Assembly (NCBI GenBank): GCA_964556895.1
Contig: CAZKYC010000004.1
Coordinates: 11,964 to 75,963, forward strand
Source of the DNA: an uncultured bacterium
Lineage (GTDB): Bacteria > Hinthialibacterota > Hinthialibacteria > Hinthialibacterales > Hinthialibacteraceae
Length of the DNA stretch: 64,000 nt
Reading direction: 5' to 3'
The stretch's first letter is position 1. Every line of letters begins with the position of its first letter. This document shows, piece by piece, positions 9,143 to 18,451 of this stretch. The position numbers were made by a program, and so were the translations under genes. Below the pieces are notes generated by a model, which was given only the letters and a program-made list of their open reading frames with translations, ran no database searches and was not told where the DNA came from.

Positions 9143-10123
9143 TTATCCGAACTGTTGATAGACCCGCTCGCGCAGCCAGTCTTCTTGGTCGAAGAGTTGG
9201 GTCTGAAGCCCGGCGATTGACTCAAAGCCTTTGGAATCGAGGCTGCGCAGCCAGCGGCTGAGGGCGTATTCGCGCAGGGCGGTCGCGCCTTCCCAGAAGT
9301 TGATGTCTTCGAGGGTCATGCCAAGTTCTTGAACGTAGCGTGCGATGAAATAGTTGGCGAGAGTGCGGTCGTTGATGCGCTGCAGCGACAGCGACGTATA
9401 GGCGGCGTCCCAACGCGGGTCGCCGAAGGCGGCGTGTTCCCAATTGGTGACGCAGCGCACCTGGCCCCGGTTAATCAACAGACAGTCAAGATCGAGGCGG
9501 CCGTGAAGCATCACATAGGTGCAGTCATTGATGTGGGTCATCTGTTTGTGGCATTCGTCAAAACACTTGTTGAGTTTATCGTCGCCGAGCGGTTTGATAC
9601 GCGGTTGAATCTTGTCAAACAGGTCGGTCAGATGGACGGTCGGGATCAACGGATGAGTGGTCGGGGTCTGCAGGTGCATCTGGGCCATCCAGGCTGCCAG
9701 GGTGTCAACCACGTGTTCCTGCATGTGTGACAAACTGTCTTCGCGTTCCCACCAGAAATAGCCGTCGCCTGCGTCCATCAAGATAAAGGGGCGGCCAAAG
9801 GGGCGGCGCGACGGGCTATATGAATAGGGGAACGGCGCCGACAGGCCGCTCTGATAGACATGGCGCATGGCCGAATATTCTTTGGTGATTTTGAGCGGTT
9901 CCGCGCCTTCCCAGAGTGAAAAGAAGCCATATTGTAGCCTCAAGACCAGGTCGGTTTGTGCGTCGTCAGAGACCAGGGTGAAGCTATACTCCAAGTGTGG
10001 GAACACCCGGTGGATGCGCGGCGTCAGGTTTTCAATGCGCAATGAGGAGTCAGTAAACACGCCGCGCGACACGCCAAGCAGCGCGTCTTCTAGCCAGTCA
10101 TACGAGACATGGGTCTGGGTCAT
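9143..10123 (-). CDS. phosphotransferase-family kinase (APH/choline-kinase-like fold)
   Basis: HGRLDLDCLLI catalytic-loop region and NWEHAAFGDP (the D-x-E...GDP motif) are typical of PF01636 phosphotransferases. Substrate unknown. Confidence 0.6.
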   Translation of the reverse strand: MTQTHVSYDWLEDALLGVSRGVFTDSSLRIENLTPRIHRVFPHLEYSFTLVSDDAQTDLVLRLQYGFFSLWEGAEPLKITKEYSAMRHVYQSGLSAPFPYSYSPSRRPFGRPFILMDAGDGYFWWEREDSLSHMQEHVVDTLAAWMAQMHLQTPTTHPLIPTVHLTDLFDKIQPRIKPLGDDKLNKCFDECHKQMTHINDCTYVMLHGRLDLDCLLINRGQVRCVTNWEHAAFGDPRWDAAYTSLSLQRINDRTLANYFIARYVQELGMTLEDINFWEGATALREYALSRWLRSLDSKGFESIAGLQTQLFDQEDWLRERVYQQFG

Positions 10124-10221
10124 ACCGGTTCCTGTTGAAATTAGGTTCCCACAATTAAAACGAATAGGCGATTACTCTTATTTTCGGCGCCTGAAAGACA
10201 GACTCGAGCCGTTTTTGTTAA

Positions 10222-10413
10222 TTACTCTTCGACTAGCCCGCGGCGTCGCGCTTCGATTGATAACAGGTTCATTCTCGTCATTTTAGCGCGTAATTCAGAA
10301 CGGCTGAGGCTTTCTTCGCCCTGTTCAATTTTTTGTTCTTGCTCATGAAGGGTTTGACGCAGCGTGTCGATCTCGTTTGTTAACTGTTGGTCGCTAAGCG
10401 ACTGGGTGTTCAT
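10222..10413 (-). CDS. small coiled-coil protein, possibly DUF465/YdcH-like
   Basis: 63-aa ORF, Glu/Gln/Arg-rich with heptad character. Weak resemblance to the YdcH family. Could be non-coding. Confidence 0.3.
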   Translation of the reverse strand: MNTQSLSDQQLTNEIDTLRQTLHEQEQKIEQGEESLSRSELRAKMTRMNLLSIEARRRGLVEE

Positions 10414-10533
10414 CCTGGCTCCCCGATTTTTCTATAGTATGCCGGGTTTTGGTGAAAAGCGAGGAATTTTTTTGAGAACTCGATCTGCCCGATATACTGG
10501 AATGAGATGTCTATACAAAGGAAGTAAACCAAA

Positions 10534-11613
10534 ATGGCTATACTATGCTCAACTAAATCGTTTTGGCCTCAGGGCCGAGAACGCTATTTCGCGATTGTGC
10601 TGCTCGGCGTCATCGCGTTCGCCTGCTATTTTAGCATAAGCGAGATGAGAGAAAAAGTTGGCGAACAGGCGCTGGCCGTCGCCTCAGGCCCTCCGGTCTT
10701 TGATACAACAACCGCTTCGATTGATCCCCAAAAGATATTCTCCGGCGGCCCGCCTAAAGACGGCATCCCCGCGCTGACAGACCCACGCATGGTCAGCGTT
10801 GACAAGGCGTCATTCATGAAACCCGCCGACCGGGTTGTCGGCGTCTCTTTTGACGGCGAGACGCGGGCGTATCCCCTCAAGATTTTACAGTGGCATGAAA
10901 TAGTAAACGCTTCCGTTGGCGATATTCATTACGCTGTGGTGTACTGTCCGCTATGCGATTCAATCACGGTATTTGACCGTGAGGTTGAAGACGAGGTCTT
11001 GGAATTTGGCGTGTCGGGGTTGCTCTATCAAAGCAACGTATTGTTGTATGACCGCCAGAAAAACGATACAGACGAAAGCCTGTGGTCACAGATGCAAGGC
11101 GAAGCGGTGGCGGGAACGCGAACGGGCCAAAAATTAGCGCAACTGCCCTATCAGTTGGTGACGTGGGACGAGTGGACCCAGCGATACGCCGAAAGCCAGG
11201 TTCTTTCTGTGAAGACAGGCCATGACCGAAACTATGATGGCAATATCTATCAGCACTACTTTGACAACGAATCGCTGATGTTCCCCATCAACCATCATAA
11301 CAAGTTGTTCAACATCAAACAGCCCATTCTTGGGTTGACTGTCAACGGTGAGAGCAAGGCGTATCCGCTGGCGTTGATGAAAAAAGGGTTTGTTATTGAA
11401 GATCAGGTAGGCGGCGAGCCCGTCAAATTAATCAAACAGGGTGACCAACGCGTATGGGTAGACGCCGGGCCCAATGTCAGCGTCACTCACTCATTCTGGT
11501 TTGCCTGGAGTACGTTTTATCCTGAAACCAAGGTCTACGACGGCAGCGCGTTTCAACTCGCTGACTGGAAGCAAAAACAAGAAACAGCCGTGCGAGAAGA
11601 CGCTTCGTACTGA
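10534..11613 (+). CDS. DUF3179 family protein (N-terminal TM anchor)
   Basis: SGGPPKDGIPAL motif followed by a long conserved region characteristic of DUF3179. One N-terminal TM helix. Confidence 0.6.
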   Translation: MAILCSTKSFWPQGRERYFAIVLLGVIAFACYFSISEMREKVGEQALAVASGPPVFDTTTASIDPQKIFSGGPPKDGIPALTDPRMVSVDKASFMKPADRVVGVSFDGETRAYPLKILQWHEIVNASVGDIHYAVVYCPLCDSITVFDREVEDEVLEFGVSGLLYQSNVLLYDRQKNDTDESLWSQMQGEAVAGTRTGQKLAQLPYQLVTWDEWTQRYAESQVLSVKTGHDRNYDGNIYQHYFDNESLMFPINHHNKLFNIKQPILGLTVNGESKAYPLALMKKGFVIEDQVGGEPVKLIKQGDQRVWVDAGPNVSVTHSFWFAWSTFYPETKVYDGSAFQLADWKQKQETAVREDASY

Positions 11614-11623
11614 CCCGAAGCGT

Positions 11624-12571
11624 TTATTCCACCGTTTGGGTTTTTTGCCAATCGACTTGTTGTTTCAACCCCTGATCCAGTGATGTCTTCGGATCATACT
11701 CTAAATACGTTTGCGCTTGTGTGGTGTCAGCGTAGGTATCGCGAACGTCGCCGCGGTTTCTCTCACGGTAGTCGATGTCGGCTTTAACGCCGACGATGGA
11801 TTCAAGTTTTTCAATCACGCCCATCAGTGAGATGCGCGTCCCGCCGCCGAGGTTAAAGACTTTTCCTTCGACAGGCAGTTTTGATGCAGAAATATTAGCG
11901 GTGATGATGTCTTGAACGAACGTAAAGTCGCGGGTTTGCTTGCCGTCGCCTAACACGGTAATGGGTAGGTTATTCAACATCGCTTTGATGAAAATAGTAA
12001 ACGCCATGTCAGGCCGCTGGCGCGGGCCGTACACAGTGAAATAGCGAAGCGACACCACCGGGATGTTGTAATTGTCATGGTACAACATACAAAGTTGTTC
12101 AGCGCTGAGTTTGGTCACGCCGTAAGGCGAATAGGGCCGCGGCAGGGCGGTCTCGCTGGTCGGCAACTGGTCGGTGTTTCCATAGATTGACGATGACGAC
12201 GAATAAACAACCCGAATCGGCTCGCCGGTGGTTCGGACCGACTCTAACAAGCGTTGAGTGGCGAGAACATTGTTTTTGGTGTACTGGTCAAATTGTTGGC
12301 CCCAGCTGCCGCGCACGCCAGGCTGGCCGGCGGTGTGAAACACACAGTCGCATTGCGCCAAAATGGGGACCAAGTTTGTGTGAAGAATGTCGCCTTTGAT
12401 GAAATTAAAGTTGGGATGGTCTTCAATCGTTTCTAGGTTTCGTTTTTTTCGGGCGGGGCTGTAATAATCAGTAAAACAATCCAGCCCAATCACCTCTTCG
12501 CCTTGCTGCAACAACCGCTCGCACAACTGGCTTCCAATAAAACCCGCACAACCTGTTACTAAATACGCCAT
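11624..12571 (-). CDS. NAD-dependent epimerase/dehydratase (extended SDR; UDP-sugar epimerase/decarboxylase family)
   Basis: TGCAGFIGS Rossmann motif, YxxxK region, and about 315 aa length. The exact reaction cannot be assigned. Confidence 0.8.
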   Translation of the reverse strand: MAYLVTGCAGFIGSQLCERLLQQGEEVIGLDCFTDYYSPARKKRNLETIEDHPNFNFIKGDILHTNLVPILAQCDCVFHTAGQPGVRGSWGQQFDQYTKNNVLATQRLLESVRTTGEPIRVVYSSSSSIYGNTDQLPTSETALPRPYSPYGVTKLSAEQLCMLYHDNYNIPVVSLRYFTVYGPRQRPDMAFTIFIKAMLNNLPITVLGDGKQTRDFTFVQDIITANISASKLPVEGKVFNLGGGTRISLMGVIEKLESIVGVKADIDYRERNRGDVRDTYADTTQAQTYLEYDPKTSLDQGLKQQVDWQKTQTVE

Positions 12572-12730
12572 GAGTATCGTGTAGTCTCTTTGTAAGTGGT
12601 TTGAGGGAAACCCTCGTTTTTGTTATACCGACTGTACTTTACTTTCATGCTTAAAAACCGAAACCCCTTTCGGCCTATTTGAAGGGCGCCTATACTTTTT
12701 TTTCGAACCGAGACAGACTCAACCAAATCA

Positions 12731-13840
12731 ATGAAAATCACATTTCTCGCTCTCTGGGCGTATAAACTGTTTGATGAAAACGAGCCAGCCCAGTTTGGCG
12801 GCGCCGAACTTCAGCTCTATCTGCTCGCCAATTATTTGGTCAAACAAAGCGGGACCAAAGTCGAATTTATTACGCGCGGCCAGGGGCCGTTTCGCCGGAT
12901 TACAACCGAAAGCGGCATTGAGGTCATAAAACTGCCCTACCGCTCGTCATCGATATTTCGCTCAATCCTAGGCCTTTGGGATATGTATAAAGCGTGCATT
13001 CGTTCTGACGCAGACGTTCTCATTCAACGCGGAGGAGGCGTCGAAACGGGAGTCGTCGCGAGAGCCGCGACAAAACGGCGAAAGCCGTTTGTGTTTATGT
13101 GTTCATCGATCTGGGACGCTGACCGCGTCAACGAAAAGAAGCGGGGGATTCTTCTTGGCGCCCTCTATCAATACGGGCTGAAACGCTCCTCGACCATCAT
13201 CGCACAAACGGTTGATCAACAAACACTGCTTCAACAAAACTATGGGCGCGAAAGTTTGGTGTTGCGTTCCGCTCACCAAATTCCTGAACAGTTGCCAGAG
13301 CCGACTCGCGAAGTGTTGTGGGTGGGGCGTTGTGACACGACCAAACGCCCCGAACGCTTTTTAGATTTGGCCGAAGCCTTGCCTCACCATACATTCACAA
13401 TGGTTTGTCCGTTGATTCATCCCAATAATGTTCACTTTTCAATGTTTCAAGATTTAGAGAATCGCGCCAAGGGAATGAAGAATGTTGTTTTTTATCCTGG
13501 CGTATCGTTCGAACAGACTGAACAACTCTTTGGCCAACATCGCCTCTCGGTGAATACGTCAGATAAAGAGGGATACCCCAACACCTTCGTGCAGTCGTTC
13601 AAGTGGGCGCGCCCCGTGGTGTCGCTGAATGTGGATCCTGACGAATTATTGACTGACAAACAACTCGGCAAAACAGCCAATGGCGATTGGGACAACTTCA
13701 AACAAACCATTGAGTCTTTACTCGCCAATGATGAAGACTGGCGCCGGCTGAGCCAAAATGCGCGACGGTTCGCAGAAGAACAATACGACATCAACCGAAT
13801 CGGCCAGGCCTTTCTCAACCACATTCAACAGCTTGTGTGA
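12731..13840 (+). CDS. glycosyltransferase, GT4-like (GT-B fold)
   Basis: Size and C-terminal region (EGYPNTFVQS..., E-x7-E-like) are consistent with GT4 family. Divergent from the epimerase gene. Confidence 0.55.
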   Translation: MKITFLALWAYKLFDENEPAQFGGAELQLYLLANYLVKQSGTKVEFITRGQGPFRRITTESGIEVIKLPYRSSSIFRSILGLWDMYKACIRSDADVLIQRGGGVETGVVARAATKRRKPFVFMCSSIWDADRVNEKKRGILLGALYQYGLKRSSTIIAQTVDQQTLLQQNYGRESLVLRSAHQIPEQLPEPTREVLWVGRCDTTKRPERFLDLAEALPHHTFTMVCPLIHPNNVHFSMFQDLENRAKGMKNVVFYPGVSFEQTEQLFGQHRLSVNTSDKEGYPNTFVQSFKWARPVVSLNVDPDELLTDKQLGKTANGDWDNFKQTIESLLANDEDWRRLSQNARRFAEEQYDINRIGQAFLNHIQQLV

Positions 13841-13966
13841 TATTTGATTTAGAAAACTGGCCGTTTAGCGCTTGTTCAATTCGCGGCTGTAATAGCGTCT
13901 TCAGTTAATGGAGGGCCGCTGCGCCAGAGTCATCAGAAATTCAATCATTCAACAATCAAATCACAT

Positions 13967-14773
13967 TTATTTCATCTCTCTCACCACTCTCAGTCCCAAC
14001 AGTTCGAGGCGGCTGGGGTCGGTTTCGGGGTTGCGGGCGGCGCTGCGGGCGTTCCAGGAGAAGTCGAAGAACCCGCCGCCGCGCTTGATTCTTAGCGATC
14101 CTTGATCGACCAGCGGGTCGGTTTTCGGGGCTGCAGTATATGGCGCGTAGTGATCTAGACACCACTCGTTGACGTTGCCGCTCATGTCATACAGCCCCCA
14201 CGGGTTGGGCCGCTTGGAACCGACCGGATGGGTCGAACGCCCGGAGTTATAGTCAAACCAGGCGTGGTCGACCATATCAACAAAATGGGGGTCGTCTCCC
14301 CAATAATAGCGGGTGGAGGTTTTCGCCCGGCAGGCGTATTCCCACTCGGCTTCGGTGGGCAGGCGAAAGGTTCCGACGCCAAGCGAGTTGAGTTTGTCGA
14401 TGAACCGCTGACAGTCGTCCCATAAAACGCTGTCGACCGGGTGGTCGGAGTTTTGGTATTTGGATGGATTGGACGGCATGATCGCAGTCCATTGGTTTTG
14501 GGTGACTTCAAATTGTCCTAAATAAAATGGTTTCGATAGTGTCACTTTATGTTGGGGGTTTTCATCGTCGTCGCGGTCTTTTTCGTCGTCAGGGCTGCCC
14601 ATGGTGAATGCCCCCGCAGGAATCTCAACGAATATCATCTCTATTTCGTCCGGCAGGATAACCGTGATTCCGTTTTCGGTTTTTTCGACCGATGCAGTCT
14701 GTTGAGGCCCGCCGCAGCCAGCAATAATCAGTGTGAAAAAAACCAGCGAAACAGAAGCGATAAATGTTTTCAT
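13967..14773 (-). CDS. formylglycine-generating-enzyme (FGE/SUMF1) domain lipoprotein
   Basis: LPTEAEWEYACR and GNVNEWCLD motifs of the FGE-sulfatase domain. The N-terminus MKTFIASVSLVFFTLIIAGCGG is a lipobox signal. The start was set at ATG 14773 rather than the longer track ORF. Confidence 0.75.
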   Translation of the reverse strand: MKTFIASVSLVFFTLIIAGCGGPQQTASVEKTENGITVILPDEIEMIFVEIPAGAFTMGSPDDEKDRDDDENPQHKVTLSKPFYLGQFEVTQNQWTAIMPSNPSKYQNSDHPVDSVLWDDCQRFIDKLNSLGVGTFRLPTEAEWEYACRAKTSTRYYWGDDPHFVDMVDHAWFDYNSGRSTHPVGSKRPNPWGLYDMSGNVNEWCLDHYAPYTAAPKTDPLVDQGSLRIKRGGGFFDFSWNARSAARNPETDPSRLELLGLRVVREMK

Positions 14774-14786
14774 GCGTTTTTTTGTG

Positions 14787-15401
14787 TTAAAGAACAAAGT
14801 AATTGTCATGGCCGGGCGCGATGACGTCAGCGACTTTGGCAATCTGGTCGATGGAGTTGCGCGCTGCCGGGCGGTCTTCACAGCCGTCGCCGGGGTCGCG
14901 GTTTTCGAAATGGTCAAAGGTCAAAACCGCGTCACCCGCCACTGCCACCACGCCGTCGCGCGTCTCAAACAGATACGCGCTTGAGCCGTGGGTGTGCCCC
15001 GGCGTAGGCAGCAGCTCAATGCCAGGCAGCGAGTGGTCTTCAAATGGTTCGATTCGATTGGCCAGCAGCGACGCATCGCTAGCAGAGTTTGCGGCGCGAA
15101 TCTCTAAGCGCGGCATCAACCAGGTCGAGTTGGCAAACACTTCGAGTTGGCGGTGATGGGCCGGGTCAAAATGAGTCAACAACACCGCGTCAATCTGATC
15201 GGGCATGAGGCCGCTGCGCCGGTTGAGCAATTCACTTGCGGCTTGCGGCGACTCAAACCCCGGGTCAACCAAGACCACGTTGTCGGCGGTTTCGAGCAAG
15301 GTGATGGTGCACAGCGTCTGACGCCGGGGCGATTCTTCGCCCCAGTATGGGTTGCGGCCCAGCGAGCCGATTTGAATGATGCGCCAATGGGGATTCACCA
15401 T
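14787..15401 (-). CDS. MBL-fold metallo-hydrolase
   Basis: THFDPAHH (a variant of HxHxDH) plus downstream His/Asp ligands. About 204 aa. Confidence 0.65.
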   Translation of the reverse strand: MVNPHWRIIQIGSLGRNPYWGEESPRRQTLCTITLLETADNVVLVDPGFESPQAASELLNRRSGLMPDQIDAVLLTHFDPAHHRQLEVFANSTWLMPRLEIRAANSASDASLLANRIEPFEDHSLPGIELLPTPGHTHGSSAYLFETRDGVVAVAGDAVLTFDHFENRDPGDGCEDRPAARNSIDQIAKVADVIAPGHDNYFVL

Positions 15402-15515
15402 TTTATAGTGATTGCCAAAATTCCATGCAGATTGAGTTTTTCATAATAGTCTCTATCGCTGTCCGCCGCGGCGGATACGGGCGCGCTTACCGAACATGCT
15501 TTTGACAAACGCTCT
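15402..15515 (+). repeat. 113-nt interspersed element, copy A
   Basis: Shares about 85-90% identity with copies at 24182-24292, 27540-27654 and 43868-43980, all in the same orientation. Core motif TCGCTGTCCGCCGCGGCGGATACGGGCGCGCTTACCGxACG...TTTTGACAAACGCTCT. Confidence 0.8.
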
Positions 15516-15653
15516 TGATAGTGTACCCGTATTTTTAGGGGGAAAAATCGACGTGAAACCATAAACCTTACGGTCGTGAACATACCCGCTTTCTTGTCTA
15601 CTATATATCTGTGATATAACGAGTTAGATTATAATATGTTTGTATTGTGATTA

Positions 15654-15682
15654 TTGACAAGTTTGATAAAACTTATTAAATA
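15654..15682 (+). promoter_or_regulatory. sigma70-like promoter candidate (TTGACA-N17-TAAATA)
   Basis: Perfect -35 TTGACA at 15654, 17-nt spacer, TAAATA at 15677. About 35 nt upstream of the AGGAGGG RBS and ATG 15716. Confidence 0.45.
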
Positions 15683-15715
15683 GGAAGATTGACCAAAACC
15701 TCAGGAGGGAAATAT

Positions 15716-17188
15716 ATGTTGAGGGCTTCATTTCTTTTTGTAGTAGGAAGTGTCTTGTCGTTCGCCGTGATCAATGCGAGTGCGCAGGACGTGCAGATTT
15801 TGTTGAGTGATGGCAGCGTATTCACCCCGGGTGGTGAAATTGTTGTGGGAGGCCCCGTCGAGGGCGCCTTGACGGCTGTTCCATTTGGAACCGGCCATCT
15901 AGTCGTAACCGAGTATGGCGAGATCATAGGCGTTGGTGTTGATGCGCCGTTTGAGGGTATGACCTTCCCCATGCCCATCATGAAAGATTTTATCTTGAAC
16001 CCAGACGGCTTGGGCGGGTATCTGCTCGACCAATACGGCGGCGTTCACCCCTTGGGCGACGCGGATTTTTTAGGCGCCCAATTTTATGGCACTCCGTTCA
16101 ACCCGCTGACGATTGCGCGTTCTCTCGAATTGGCGCTTGACGCCGCGGGCGAAGTGTTGGGCTATTACTCTCTCAACCGCTATGGGCAGATCAATTCGAA
16201 CGGCGCCGTGCCGATCTTGCCGGATGTTAAAACCAAAGACGCGGTTTCATTAAAGATTTCCCCGACAGGAACAGGCTATGCAATCTTGGATGACAACGGC
16301 TCAATTTTCACCTTTGGTGAAGTTTCTGCGGTTGAGTTAGAGATCGAACTCGAAAAAGGTGTGAAGGTGGTTGACTTTTCATTCACCCCGTCGGGCGAAG
16401 GTTTCTATCTGGTTGACTCATCAGGCGCAATTCACTCGACTGGCGACGCTGAAATTCTTGACGGCCTGCCCGAGTTGGCTGAAGGCGTAACCGTCGCGGG
16501 CATCTTAACCGACGTGCTGCCTGGTTCGGTCGAAAACCTGCCTGACGATGTCTCCCCGGCGCCGACCAACACGCCGACCGCAACGCCGACTCTGGCGCCT
16601 GAAGCGACCTCAACCCCGTTGCCGCCGACGGCGACCCCTGAGCCTGAAGTTCCAACCGTGACGCCTGTTCCGCCGACAGCGACCCCAGAGTCACCGATAA
16701 ATACACCTGTTCCTGGCGCCCCGACATCGACTCCATTGCCGCCAACCGCGACCCCAGTCCCACCGACGGCGACCCCAGCGCCGCCAACCGCTGTTCCTGA
16801 GTCGCCGACTGCCACTCCGACTCCTGAGTCGCCGTTTGGCACGATTGTTCCGCCGGGAATCTATGACAGTTTTCTTGGAACCTGGAACGCGCAGTTTATC
16901 AATAATATGACTGGCCAAGTTACCATGCGCCAGATTCGTATTTCGGTTCAAAACAATAACGTAGTCGCTGAAGATTTAACTTCTCCAACGTTGTTTGGAA
17001 CCAAGACATTAAATGTGATTGATCCAGGCGCGATTGGATTTACCAATGCGGGCACTTCTGGCGTTGAGTCGCTCAACTTCGCCTTAATTGGCGCGAACAC
17101 CGGCTTTACGGGAGGCTATTCGGTTTCAAGCGGCTTCCCGCCGATTCCACAAGTGTGGGCGATCACGGTTGATTTCACCAATCAGTAA
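15716..17188 (+). CDS. secreted protein with repeated beta-rich N-terminal modules, Pro/Thr-rich linker and C-terminal domain
   Basis: Signal peptide MLRASFLFVVGSVLSFAVINASA. An approximately 90-aa PT linker (PTATPTLAPEATSTPLPPTATPEP...). No recognisable catalytic motif. Confidence 0.5.
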   Translation: MLRASFLFVVGSVLSFAVINASAQDVQILLSDGSVFTPGGEIVVGGPVEGALTAVPFGTGHLVVTEYGEIIGVGVDAPFEGMTFPMPIMKDFILNPDGLGGYLLDQYGGVHPLGDADFLGAQFYGTPFNPLTIARSLELALDAAGEVLGYYSLNRYGQINSNGAVPILPDVKTKDAVSLKISPTGTGYAILDDNGSIFTFGEVSAVELEIELEKGVKVVDFSFTPSGEGFYLVDSSGAIHSTGDAEILDGLPELAEGVTVAGILTDVLPGSVENLPDDVSPAPTNTPTATPTLAPEATSTPLPPTATPEPEVPTVTPVPPTATPESPINTPVPGAPTSTPLPPTATPVPPTATPAPPTAVPESPTATPTPESPFGTIVPPGIYDSFLGTWNAQFINNMTGQVTMRQIRISVQNNNVVAEDLTSPTLFGTKTLNVIDPGAIGFTNAGTSGVESLNFALIGANTGFTGGYSVSSGFPPIPQVWAITVDFTNQ

Positions 17189-17219
17189 ATTGGCATAATT
17201 TGATAAGGAGAACATATCA

Positions 17220-18311
17220 ATGAACTATACAGGCCGTATTCTCTTATGTTTGGCAGTCGCCGCCACTGCGCTTGTTCAGCCGGCTGCACAGGCCGACGAC
17301 GCAGAAAGTTATTTCATTCGCCACACGGTGAACCGCTATTTCCCGGTCCACATGACGGCGCGCACCATGGGCATGGGCGGCGCCTTTGTCGCCATTAAGG
17401 GCGACTCAGCCTCGATTCTCGGCAACCCCGCCGGGCTTGGGCCATTGACCGATAGTTTCATGACGGGCGGCCTTCAGTATGGCCAGATCTCGGGCGACGA
17501 CCTCTCAACCTTAGACGGCGTTGATGAAGACCTCTTTGGCGGACTGTTCATGGGCGCCTACCCCATCACGGATCAATTCAGCTTTGGTTGGGGGTTTGTT
17601 CCGACCATCGGTGAAGCCGACGATTCCGCCGACCGCGAGACTGAGAATTTCTATGTTCCGCTCAGCGCCGCGTATGACGTCAGCGACGTGTTCTCAGTGG
17701 GGTATGGCATTGGCTATATCAATGACGATGTTGACGCCGACGGCTTTAACGGCGAGATGGACTTCGCCTTACTTCATCGCGTCGGCGTGTTGTTCGCTGC
17801 GTCAGACGTTCTTGACTTGGGCCTCATGGGAACCTTTGGCCATGGCGACGCCGAATCAAGCGCGGTGAACGGCGCCAGCTTCGACGGCGACCGCGAGTCG
17901 TGGAGCATCCAAGGCGGCCTCGCCTGGATGGCAACCAGCGACCTGCTGTTGGCGTTAGACCTGGCCTATGAAGATATGGAAACCGACGGGACTATCAGCA
18001 ACCGCCTGATCCCGGCGTTCCCATCGGTCGGGTTTGAAGAATCCATCGAATCGATGTCCGTTCGCGCGGGGGCTGAATACGCCTGGAACGAATGTTTGAA
18101 ACTGCGCGGCGGCGCGGGCTATACCGACTATGACTATGAAACCAACGACGCCGCTACGGCCGCATTGGTCGACGGCATTGACGGCGCCCATGTCTCGTCA
18201 GGGTTTGGCTATGAATGGAACGAAAACATCATGACCGACGTGGCGGGCATGATTCGTTTCTTTGATGAAGTCGACTTCTTGGTCGGCGCACAGTTAACCT
18301 ACAAGTTTTAG
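17220..18311 (+). CDS. putative outer-membrane beta-barrel protein
   Basis: Signal peptide. Acidic/Gly-rich alternating pattern. C-terminal ...LTYKF with terminal Phe typical of OMPs. Confidence 0.4.
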   Translation: MNYTGRILLCLAVAATALVQPAAQADDAESYFIRHTVNRYFPVHMTARTMGMGGAFVAIKGDSASILGNPAGLGPLTDSFMTGGLQYGQISGDDLSTLDGVDEDLFGGLFMGAYPITDQFSFGWGFVPTIGEADDSADRETENFYVPLSAAYDVSDVFSVGYGIGYINDDVDADGFNGEMDFALLHRVGVLFAASDVLDLGLMGTFGHGDAESSAVNGASFDGDRESWSIQGGLAWMATSDLLLALDLAYEDMETDGTISNRLIPAFPSVGFEESIESMSVRAGAEYAWNECLKLRGGAGYTDYDYETNDAATAALVDGIDGAHVSSGFGYEWNENIMTDVAGMIRFFDEVDFLVGAQLTYKF

Positions 18312-18392
18312 TTTGACGATGGGCGCAGGGCGGGTAAAAAACGCGGGGCGGTCGATTGACCGCCCCGGTGTTGAGTTGCGGTGGGGGAAAGC

Positions 18393-18445
18393 CTGATCCC
18401 TCCTGGCGCCTTCGGCGCCTTCCCCCCTTAAACAAGGGGAGCAAT
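18393..18445. repeat. REP-like GC hairpin element
   Basis: GATCCCTCCTGGCGCCTTCGGCGCCTTCCCCCCTTAAACAAGGGGAG. Member of a family also seen at 8331-8378, 8981-9035, 27458-27506, 30151-30180, and three times inside the 36.7-37.2 kb tandem array. Confidence 0.7.
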
Positions 18446-18451
18446 AAGCGC

